64,000 nt of DNA. Source: Candidatus Latescibacterota bacterium. GTDB taxonomy: Bacteria > Latescibacterota > UBA2968 > UBA8231. Every line of letters starts with the position of its first letter. Positions within the stretch are counted from its first letter, which is position 1. The stretch is from the NCBI GenBank assembly GCA_965197905.1, contig CBDAOB010000005.1, positions 800,524-864,523 of the forward strand, read 5' to 3'. The notes beneath the pieces were generated by a model. That model saw nothing but the letters and a program-made list of their open reading frames with translations, did not search any database and was not told the origin of the DNA. Positions 55,153-63,225 of the stretch are shown piece by piece. The position numbers and the translations under genes are program-made.

Positions 55153-56586
55153 ATGGGAGACAACGGTAGATTCCGCATTCCACGGGGCCAGCGACAGTTG
55201 TTTATCGACGACCACGGTGTCGCCCAGATGGAGGGGGTGACCCGCGTCCTGCATCAGCCTTCGAAGAAGGGAGCGGTCATCCGACCCGATTTCTCCAAGG
55301 GCGAAAGAGGTGTGCAGACCCGGAGTGCGCCCTACTGGGATTCGCAAGCGGAGCGGTTTCGGCTGCTTGCCGATTCAGTCTGGTATGAAAGTGTTGACGG
55401 TCTGCACTGGGGCCGCAGCGAGAAGCAGTTCGAGAGTGGCGACGATACCCCCGCATACTGTGTCTTGTACGACGAGAAGGATCCCGATTCCAAACGGCTT
55501 TACAAAGGTTTCACCATGCACACCATCGACCCGGCGACGGGAAGGGTCGTGCGCGACGACTCCGAGATGGTCGACCCCGAGGGCAGGCCGTGGCCGGGCA
55601 AGAAATTCCAAATGCTCCTCGATTTCGTCGTATCGCCGAATGGCCAGGATTGGCGGCGTCTGGACTGCTCCCTGCCCAGCTCGGACGAACAGAACCTCAG
55701 CTATGATTCGCTCGGCGGCCAGTATATCGTCTCCTTGAAGCGCGGCGGCACCTATGGTCGCTCCCATGCCATCACCACCAGTCCGGACTTCGAGAGTTGG
55801 ACCGAACCGGTGCTGGCGATCCAGACAGACGATCTTGATCAAGAGCTGGGCAGGTTGCACATCGAGGAGCTGCTGCAGACGGCCAACGCCGACTACCTCC
55901 GCCCCTTTCCCAACACCGCGGCATGGCATTGGCAGAACGTGGACATCTACAACGCCGGGGTCTTCTGCTACGAGGGCATTTTTCTCGCGTTGCCGGCGAT
56001 CTATCACGCCCGCGGCGAGCGCTGGACGAGCCACACCTTGCGCTTCACCCTGATTCAGCTGTGGCACAGCCGCGATCTCTACACGTGGGAACGCGCCGCC
56101 CACCGGCAGACCTTCCTTCCCTGGTCACCGCTGGGCAGCGGCGCCTACGACCTTACCAAGAACATGCCCCCATCCTACCCGTTGGTGTGGGGAGATGAGC
56201 TGTGGTTCTATTACACCGGCGGCAAGGAGTACTCTGACCACCAGAATCCGGCCTCCGATCATTTCGCCGTATGCCTGGCGGTCCTCCGCCGCGATGGTTT
56301 CATCTCACTGGATGCCGGCGGGGACCAGGGATCGATAACCACGGAGCCGTTTGTTTTGCCCGAGGGTGCGCTGTGGGTCAATGCAGACGCGCGGCGGGGG
56401 CAGGTCGTTGTCGAGCTTCTGGACAGCGAGGGCAACGTGACCGCGGTGTCGGCAGATTTGGAAGGGGATCATCGCCGCGTACAGGTGCAGTGGGACGAGG
56501 GGAATCTCTCCGCCGCCGCGGGTTCACCGGTTCAGCTCCGCTTCACGCTGCGGAGCGCATCTCTGTATTCCTACTGGATTGAATAG
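55153..56586 (+). CDS. GH32/43/68-clan-like beta-propeller plus C-terminal beta-sandwich protein, no signal peptide
   Basis: 477 aa. Contains ESVDGLHWGR and WHSRDLYTWER. The C-terminus is LRRDGFISLDAG..GSITTEPFVLPEGALWVNADARRGQVVVELLD...VQLRFTLRSASLYSYWIE. RBS GGAGGGTGAGG. Confidence 0.55.
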   Translation: MGDNGRFRIPRGQRQLFIDDHGVAQMEGVTRVLHQPSKKGAVIRPDFSKGERGVQTRSAPYWDSQAERFRLLADSVWYESVDGLHWGRSEKQFESGDDTPAYCVLYDEKDPDSKRLYKGFTMHTIDPATGRVVRDDSEMVDPEGRPWPGKKFQMLLDFVVSPNGQDWRRLDCSLPSSDEQNLSYDSLGGQYIVSLKRGGTYGRSHAITTSPDFESWTEPVLAIQTDDLDQELGRLHIEELLQTANADYLRPFPNTAAWHWQNVDIYNAGVFCYEGIFLALPAIYHARGERWTSHTLRFTLIQLWHSRDLYTWERAAHRQTFLPWSPLGSGAYDLTKNMPPSYPLVWGDELWFYYTGGKEYSDHQNPASDHFAVCLAVLRRDGFISLDAGGDQGSITTEPFVLPEGALWVNADARRGQVVVELLDSEGNVTAVSADLEGDHRRVQVQWDEGNLSAAAGSPVQLRFTLRSASLYSYWIE

Positions 56587-56876
56587 AGCTAGTCCAGCCG
56601 AAAGGTGGTCCGGCCATAAAGTGTGCTAGCTCAGGCTCCTCATGGATCTGCAGTCTGACATCTCCCATCGCCAATCCTTCCTCGGTAGGGCCCCATACCG
56701 CCAGAGGTGGTGGAACAGGCCAGTGTCCGAGGTCAGCGATCGCCGACTTGGTGCTGGTAGTGCCGAAATCTATCCAGATAGGGCGTCATCTGTTCAGCTC
56801 ATGTTGTCCGCGTCAAGGGGATCATCTAATTTTTCGGCAAGTCGTCAAGCCAGGAAGGACCGGAGGCATTCGCGCT

Positions 56877-57812
56877 ATGCAGCTGTCAGCGTCGCAGATC
56901 GAGCACTTCGAAGAAGAGGGATACCTGGTCGTGGAGGGCGCCCTCCACGATTCCGACCTGGATCCAGTCATTCGCGAATACGAGGAGTTGATCGGGATTG
57001 TGGCGGAGCGCTGGCTGGATGAGGGGAAGATCCGTTCGTTGCACACCGCTGCACCGTTCGAGACGCGCCTGATTAGAATCTGCGACGAGAATCCGGAGCT
57101 CGTGGCCCAAATCAACGATCTATTCGATCTGTACCGTGCCCGGGGCCGGCGCACCTTCGAGTTTCTGCGCAACGACAACCTTCTGGATCTCGTGGAGGAT
57201 TTGGTGGGCCCGGAAATCATCTGCAGTCCCATTCAACACATGCGGCCAAAACTGCCAAGCCGGCTGGTCGCCGACTACCACTCGAGTGCTTCCCACGTGG
57301 CAGCCTGGCACCAGGACGCCGGCGTAGCCAAGGAAGATGCCGATCCACACTTCATCCTCACGGTCTGGATCTCAATGACCAAAGTGACCCGCGAAAACGG
57401 TTGTCTGCAGGTCATTCCTCGAACGCAGGAGGGCGGGTTGTTAAATCACGAGACCGTTCCCGAGTTCGGAACCCGAATTCGGGCCGAGGAATTGCCGGAG
57501 ATAGAGCCGGTTGATCTGCCCATGGAGAAGGGGAGTCTGGTCCTGATTCACAAAAATATACCCCACCGCTCAACCCCCAATCTTTCGGACGGAATCCGCT
57601 GGAGCATGGACCTGCGCTATCAGAAGACCGGCACCTCCACCGGCAGGACCATCTACCCCGACTTCGTTGTGCGCAGCCGGTCCAATCCCGCCTCGGTGTT
57701 AACCGACCATTCGGCGTGGTCGAGGATGTGGGTGGAAGCCCTTGAGGCCGAGACGTCGCTCGGGGCCGATAGGCACCATCGCTGGGAAACGGCGACCGCG
57801 GAGCAAGGTTAG
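56877..57812 (+). CDS. PhyH-family Fe(II)/2OG dioxygenase
   Basis: ATG 56877 lies 10 nt after GGAGG. Contains MQLSASQIEHFEEEGYLVVEGAL, AAWHQDAG (H-x-D), ENGCLQVIPRT and IPHRSTPNLSDGIRW. Confidence 0.85.
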   Translation: MQLSASQIEHFEEEGYLVVEGALHDSDLDPVIREYEELIGIVAERWLDEGKIRSLHTAAPFETRLIRICDENPELVAQINDLFDLYRARGRRTFEFLRNDNLLDLVEDLVGPEIICSPIQHMRPKLPSRLVADYHSSASHVAAWHQDAGVAKEDADPHFILTVWISMTKVTRENGCLQVIPRTQEGGLLNHETVPEFGTRIRAEELPEIEPVDLPMEKGSLVLIHKNIPHRSTPNLSDGIRWSMDLRYQKTGTSTGRTIYPDFVVRSRSNPASVLTDHSAWSRMWVEALEAETSLGADRHHRWETATAEQG

Positions 57813-58099
57813 TGCCTCCAGAACGACCGTCGAATGTGGCGGGGGATCTATCGAGCGGAACACAGCCCGGGGTCAATATCCCCCCTCTTCAACCACGACT
57901 TTTCGCTTCCGCCAATTAGGCGGAACATCGTCGGAATATCCCGGATCCGAAGCCAGTCCAGTATTTCGATCCAAAAACAGGGGAAAATCCTCCTTTGGCG
58001 GCTTGGAGCGAATATAGCCGTGAGCGTAGCTGCGCATGATAATGCGGGTTCAATGCGTCAGAGCGTCTTGGAGAATCGACGAGGCGCACGATCGCGAAC

Positions 58100-58942
58100 C
58101 TAGACGTCGTCGAGAATCCCCACCGGCGGCTCGTAGTTCTGGCCCTCGAGCGGGGGCAGGGGCCATCCCGGTCCCGAGGGACGCTGGAAGCGGTCGCTCT
58201 TACCGCACAGCCACAGGAACATTTGGGCGCCGTCCTGGTGGGCGCGGTATTGCTCACCGAAGCGCGGCTCGAGACGCCCGAACTCGACGCCGCCGATGTC
58301 CAGATCCGGCTCGCGAACCCAGTCGCGCGTGGGCGCCGCCGTCCGGCTCATGGAGCCGGTCAGCATGTAGCGGATGCCGGGCGCCCGGCACTTGGCGCGG
58401 CGGTGCCAGATGGAGTAGTGCGTCAGGTAGATGGACCCGGCTGGACCGATCGCCTTGTAGGTGCCGCGGAACGAGTCGTAGTGCGCCATGAAGCGGACCT
58501 GGTTGAAGGCGAGGTGGGAGCCGGAGACGAAGATCGTGGGTCCCGTGTCTTCGGTCGCTTCGCTGGGGATATAGTACCACTTCAGCGTGCGTACCTTAGG
58601 ACCCCACTTGGAGCAGCCGTCGATGTGCCACTGCCCGGCGGGCCCAGGCCCCTCGCCGCGGAACCAGGCCAGCCACTCGGGCTCCCGGTAGTTGGGGCCC
58701 AGTAGCGAGCGCATGGCACCCGTAGCCTCGGGATTGCGTATCACCTGCTCGAAGAACCATTCTTCCTCGAGCAACCTACTGATCTGAAACCTGCCGGTTT
58801 TGGCGTGGTATTCGTCCATGAACTCGCGCGCCTGCTTGTTGACGTCATCCGGGACGACCCCCGGGAGCATGAGATGACCGTTGCGGCAGAATTCGATGAC
58901 CTGGGAATCGGTGAGTGTCGGTTTGCTGTCGTGGGTTCTCAT
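58100..58942 (-). CDS. PhyH-family Fe(II)/2OG dioxygenase
   Basis: 280 aa. Motifs NGHLMLPGVVPDDV, QWHIDG (H-x-D), TGPTIFVSGSH and IWHRRAKCRAPGIR. Confidence 0.85.
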   Translation of the reverse strand: MRTHDSKPTLTDSQVIEFCRNGHLMLPGVVPDDVNKQAREFMDEYHAKTGRFQISRLLEEEWFFEQVIRNPEATGAMRSLLGPNYREPEWLAWFRGEGPGPAGQWHIDGCSKWGPKVRTLKWYYIPSEATEDTGPTIFVSGSHLAFNQVRFMAHYDSFRGTYKAIGPAGSIYLTHYSIWHRRAKCRAPGIRYMLTGSMSRTAAPTRDWVREPDLDIGGVEFGRLEPRFGEQYRAHQDGAQMFLWLCGKSDRFQRPSGPGWPLPPLEGQNYEPPVGILDDV

Positions 58943-59340
58943 CGGTAGCGGATCCTTTCCAGAATGAATTCATTGCCGACCCCATGGGTGATGGAATCGT
59001 CCATCATCAGCGCCATGTTGGGGAAGCTGACGATCCGCCAGCCGTCGTTCATCGCCTCGAGGACTGATTGGTAGGGCCAGTCATCGGGGTCTTCCGGCAC
59101 TTCCTGCACCTCGCCGTCGCTGATCATGGAGATGCCGTTGACGATCGATGTTACCGAGGAAAACACGGTCTGCATGTAGAGGACGTCCTGGCACAGCTTG
59201 CCGCTTGCCGCTGAGCTCGACGCCACCGCGGCTTTTAGCGATCTCAGACGTTCTGCCGTCAGATCGCCGCGCTCGAGGAGATCGATGCACTCGTCGATCT
59301 GTCTGTCGATCTCTGGAACTGCCATCGCAATGCGCTCCAC
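58939..59340 (-). CDS. Small hypothetical protein, translationally coupled to the PhyH gene downstream
   Basis: 133-aa ORF from GTG 59340 (or 128 aa from ATG 59325, which follows GGAG). Its stop overlaps the PhyH start (ATGA). I recognise no motif. Confidence 0.55.
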   Translation of the reverse strand: MERIAMAVPEIDRQIDECIDLLERGDLTAERLRSLKAAVASSSAASGKLCQDVLYMQTVFSSVTSIVNGISMISDGEVQEVPEDPDDWPYQSVLEAMNDGWRIVSFPNMALMMDDSITHGVGNEFILERIRYR

Positions 59341-59442
59341 TGTTTGATTGGTTTTGGCCGGTCGTGATCGACGAATCCCGTGAACTGACCAACGAGGGTC
59401 AAGAAGAAGGCGCCAACCGCTCTTGCTCTCTGTGCGGCAAAT

Positions 59443-60213
59443 CTATGCTTGCCCACCGCACCTGTCGACGACGATTTCAACCCCGGGCTTCGCGAGGAAA
59501 TCGGCGGCTCCCTCTGTCAGCCACGGCGCGACCGGCGTGAGCAGCAGGCGGACACCCTGCGACACGAGGTCTGCAGCGGTGTGGTTGAAGGCCAGCGAAC
59601 CCGCCGTTCGTCCCGCATCGACGATGGTCCGCAGCGCCCTGTCCTTGACGGTCACAGCTTCGGGGTGATTCATCTCTCCGGTGTATCCCATCGAGCTCGC
59701 CAGGTCGTTAGGCGCCACCATGAACGCGTCGATGTGATCGACGGTGAGTATTTCCTCCAGGTTTTCCACCGCGACGATGTCCTCGATCAGGACGATGAGC
59801 AGAGTTTCGTCGTTGGCCACCTTGGGGTAGTCGGCCACGCCGAAGCCCTGCCGGCCGGTGAACATCCCGCGTTTGCCGATGGGCCCGAACTTACCTCCCT
59901 CTACCACGTTGACGGCCTCTTCTTTGGTGTTGACATGGGGCACCACGATGCCCTGCGCACCGCGGTCGAGGGTCCGGTAGATCAGGTTCTGGTCGTTGCG
60001 GTTGACGCGCACGACCGAGCTGATGCCCCAGATGTCGCAGGCCCGGGTCAGATTGCCCAGGTCGGCCGGACCGTGCTCCCCCTCGATCCATATCCCGTCG
60101 AAGTCGTTGGGCCCGAAGGCTTCGATATCGTCGGCCGAGCTGATGCCGCTGACCGCGCAGGCGACTTCGCCGGCTGCCAGTTTACGTTTGACTCGATTCG
60201 GTCTGATCTGCAC
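59443..60213 (-). CDS. HpcH/HpaI-family 2-keto-3-deoxy-acid aldolase
   Basis: GTG 60213 lies 6 nt after GGGAGG. Contains FDGIWIEGEHGP, RVNRNDQNLIYRTLDRGAQGIVVPHVNT, LLIVLIEDIVAVENLEEI and DAFMVAPNDL. Confidence 0.8.
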   Translation of the reverse strand: MQIRPNRVKRKLAAGEVACAVSGISSADDIEAFGPNDFDGIWIEGEHGPADLGNLTRACDIWGISSVVRVNRNDQNLIYRTLDRGAQGIVVPHVNTKEEAVNVVEGGKFGPIGKRGMFTGRQGFGVADYPKVANDETLLIVLIEDIVAVENLEEILTVDHIDAFMVAPNDLASSMGYTGEMNHPEAVTVKDRALRTIVDAGRTAGSLAFNHTAADLVSQGVRLLLTPVAPWLTEGAADFLAKPGVEIVVDRCGGQA

Positions 60214-60431
60214 CTGTGTCCTCCCTTTGCCGGTTGATTGGTCAAAGAACCTAGGCAGCCACCGGTGGTTCGCCAGGGGGCGCGATGACAAAACGGGATT
60301 CCGGGACCTCAGTCAAGTCATAGCACGGTGGGAGCGCGAGAGTACCAGCGGACGCCGAAACGCACTCCAAGTGAAGCTGTTGACCTCGCCATGTCCACCG
60401 CCGTCTTTTGAATACCCACAGGAGGATGACG

Positions 60432-61340
60432 ATGGATCGTTTTCGCGGAGTGTTTCCGGCGCCAGTCACACCGATGACGTCCGCCGGCGAGTTCGACGAC
60501 GAGGTGTTCGCGCGGGTGCTCGAGTTCAACCTGCAGGCAGGCGTCCACGGATTCTGGCTGGCAGGTGGAACGGGTGAGAGCGTGCTGCTGGACGATGAGG
60601 AGAACGAGCGCATGGCGAGCGTTGCCGCCGACGTGGTCGGTGACCGGGGCGCGACCATCATGCACGTGGGCTCTCCCACGACTCGTCGCTCCGCCGCCAT
60701 GGCCGAGCACGCCGCGGCCGCGGGCGTCGACGCGATCTGTTGCGTGCCCCCCGTCTTCTACGCGCGATCCGAGGTGGAGATCGTCGAGCACTATCGAGCC
60801 GTCGCCGCCGCCGCCGATCTGCCGTTCTTCGTCTACAACCTGCCGTCCATGACGGGGATCGAAATCACTCCCGACCTCATGCGCAAGATCGCCGACGCGG
60901 TGCCTCAGCTCGTCGGCCTCAAGCACTCCGCTTCCAACTACGCGAACCTGCAGGAATTCATGGCGATGGATCTGCCCGCGTGTTTCATCGGCAATTGCCT
61001 GCTCCTTCTGCCGTCGTTGTCCCTCGGCGCCGTCGGCTGCATCGACGGTCCTCCCAACATGGCCCCAGAAGTCTTCGTCGAGGTGTGGGACGCCTTCCAC
61101 GCCGGCGACATGGAGCGGGCCCGCACCGCGCAAGAGCGCGGACGCCAGATCAAGGAGCTGATCGGCGAGTCCGGGCCGCATCACTTCCATGCCGTGTTGA
61201 AGGCCATCGTCGGCGAGCGCATCGGATGCGACTGCGGCGACCCGCGCCGGCCCGGCTTGCCCCTTTCTCCCGAGCAGCGCGAGCACATTCTGGCCAAGGC
61301 GGCTGAATTCGGATTGGTGCGAGCAACAGTGGAGGTCTGA
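60432..61340 (+). CDS. DapA/DHDPS-family pyruvate-dependent lyase (sugar-acid aldolase or dehydratase type)
   Basis: ATG 60432 lies 6 nt after GGAGG. Contains GVFPAPVTPM, LAGGTGES, FFVYNLP and the Schiff-base lysine in VGLKHS. The antisense 399-aa ORF is spurious. Confidence 0.8.
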   Translation: MDRFRGVFPAPVTPMTSAGEFDDEVFARVLEFNLQAGVHGFWLAGGTGESVLLDDEENERMASVAADVVGDRGATIMHVGSPTTRRSAAMAEHAAAAGVDAICCVPPVFYARSEVEIVEHYRAVAAAADLPFFVYNLPSMTGIEITPDLMRKIADAVPQLVGLKHSASNYANLQEFMAMDLPACFIGNCLLLLPSLSLGAVGCIDGPPNMAPEVFVEVWDAFHAGDMERARTAQERGRQIKELIGESGPHHFHAVLKAIVGERIGCDCGDPRRPGLPLSPEQREHILAKAAEFGLVRATVEV

Positions 61341-61889
61341 GGTGAGCAGGTCCCGGGTCGCGGCCACCACGCCCGCCAAACGACCCAATAAATCGCCCGC
61401 CACAAACTCGCGTACCTCGCGGGTATTCCTGTCCTGTCGGCTGAGGAATGGATCGAAACGCCCGGGACTCCTTATCTGTGCGTGAATGTTACGATCGCCA
61501 CAGTATGCCACGATCACCTGGCGGCTTATTCAGTGGCGCTCGAGCTGCATCAAATGTGGTTCTCTCGAGAGAGCTTTGGTCGCCACATCTTCGTCGACTT
61601 GGGATACGGGTATCGTCAACATCGTTTCCACCGGCGGACTGGGCGACGATTCGCCGGTCTATATCCACCCTCACCGAATTCTTCGTCGAAGATTTCTCTG
61701 CAGCCAACCCACCCTGATCCCGATTTCTCGAAGCGGGTTTAGTTCGATAGCGCCAAACGGTACGCCGCCACGGCATTTGACGCCAAACTACGACCTCGAT
61801 CCAGGGGAATGACCGACCGGGCCCAAATTTTTGTCGATGCCCTCGGTTTTTATATCTTTCCCCAAAGGTCCCATGTTGCGAGGTGTCTA

Positions 61890-63170
61890 ATGCCAGCTGT
61901 CTATCCTCAAGAAAACGCCGAAACCGATGGTCTGATCGCCGAAATCTCCTACTTGAGAAAGCGGGTGACCGAGCTGGAGGAGGAGTCGCCGGGTATCGAA
62001 GAGGCCCTTCGCAAGAGTGAAGAGCGCTACCGGGCAGTGGCCGAAACGGCATTCGCCGGTATTTCAGACGTCCACGAGAATATCATTTACGCAAACCCCG
62101 CATTCGCCAAAATGCTGGGCCATGCCGACGGCGAGCTTATCGGGGTCAGCCTTTCGAATCTAACGGTGCCCGCCGAGTTCTCCCGCTTCCAACAGCTCAC
62201 CGAACAACGACAACGGGGGGTCTGTAACCACTACGAGACCCACCTATATCGCAAGGACCGGAGCAGCCTTTCGGCGTTGGTGTCGGCATCGCCGCTGACC
62301 GCCCAGGACGGCAGTTTCGAAGGGACGCTTGCGGTGGTCCTCGATATGTCGGAAAGCAAGCGGGTGCAGAGGGAGCTGCAGAAGGCGAAGGAAGCGTATA
62401 CCGAACGACTGGAGGATATGGTCGACGAACGCACCCGCGAACTCAAGGCGACCCAGGCGCAGTTGATACATTCCGAGAAGATGGCGTCGCTTGGCAACCT
62501 CGCGGCAGGTGTGGCGCACGAAATCAACAATCCGACAGGTGTCCTGTTAATGAAGCTGAAGTTTCTCCTTTCCATCGCCGACAGCGAGAAGCTTTCTCAA
62601 AAGATTGTTTCGAGCCTCGAAGTTGCCGTTCAACAGATCGATCGCATCGCCCGCATCACCCGAAGCCTGCTCAGTTTTTCGCGACAAGATCAGGGTACTC
62701 CTGTGGAGATCGATCTCAACAAGACCGTAGAGACCGCGCTCATACTCTCCGAGCTGGTGTTGAATTCACTGAAGATCGAATTGGCCGTTTCTCTCGATCC
62801 AAACCTGCCAAAGGTTTTGGCCGATCCAACGGATCTGGAGCAGGTGGTGATCAACCTGTTGAGCAATGCGGTCGACGCGATGCCCTCGGGGGGGCGGCTG
62901 GACATTGCTACGTTCACGGACGGTACCAACGGGTCCCAGGTTGTCTTTACTATCACCGACTCTGGAAATGGTATCCCGAAGGAACACCAGGGCCGGATTT
63001 TTGACCCGTTCTTCACCACCAAAGAGGTCGGGAAGGGTACCGGTCTGGGTCTGTCGGTCAGTTTCGGCGTAATCGAGAAACTGGGAGGACAGATTGAAGT
63101 CCAAAGTGACAGGGGGGTGGGGACATCGTTCACCGTTCGACTTCCAGTCGACCAGGATACCGCAAGCTGA
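61890..63170 (+). CDS. Cytoplasmic PAS-domain sensor histidine kinase
   Basis: H-box HSEKMASLGNLAAGVAHEINNP, N-box LLSNAVDAM, G1 DSGNGIP and G2 GTGLGLSVS. A PAS-like segment (YRAVAETAFAGI...IIYANPAFAKMLGH) and a coiled coil lie N-terminal, with no TM spans. Preferred start is ATG 61890 after GAGGTG; the ORF-track start is 61809. No response regulator is adjacent. Confidence 0.85.
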   Translation: MPAVYPQENAETDGLIAEISYLRKRVTELEEESPGIEEALRKSEERYRAVAETAFAGISDVHENIIYANPAFAKMLGHADGELIGVSLSNLTVPAEFSRFQQLTEQRQRGVCNHYETHLYRKDRSSLSALVSASPLTAQDGSFEGTLAVVLDMSESKRVQRELQKAKEAYTERLEDMVDERTRELKATQAQLIHSEKMASLGNLAAGVAHEINNPTGVLLMKLKFLLSIADSEKLSQKIVSSLEVAVQQIDRIARITRSLLSFSRQDQGTPVEIDLNKTVETALILSELVLNSLKIELAVSLDPNLPKVLADPTDLEQVVINLLSNAVDAMPSGGRLDIATFTDGTNGSQVVFTITDSGNGIPKEHQGRIFDPFFTTKEVGKGTGLGLSVSFGVIEKLGGQIEVQSDRGVGTSFTVRLPVDQDTAS

Positions 63171-63225
63171 AACGCCCGCAGTCGCGCGACCATCTAATCC
63201 AAACCAATACGAATGGAGGTGTACG

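Noticed and set aside
57873-58037. A 54-aa ORF (MRSYAHGYIRSKPPKEDFPLFLDRNTGLASDPGYSDDVPPNWRKRKVVVEEGGY) downstream of PhyH 58100-58942.
   Set aside because: It has no RBS. Its third-position GC is clearly lower than in neighbouring genes. It has no motif, and its length is within chance expectation for this GC content.
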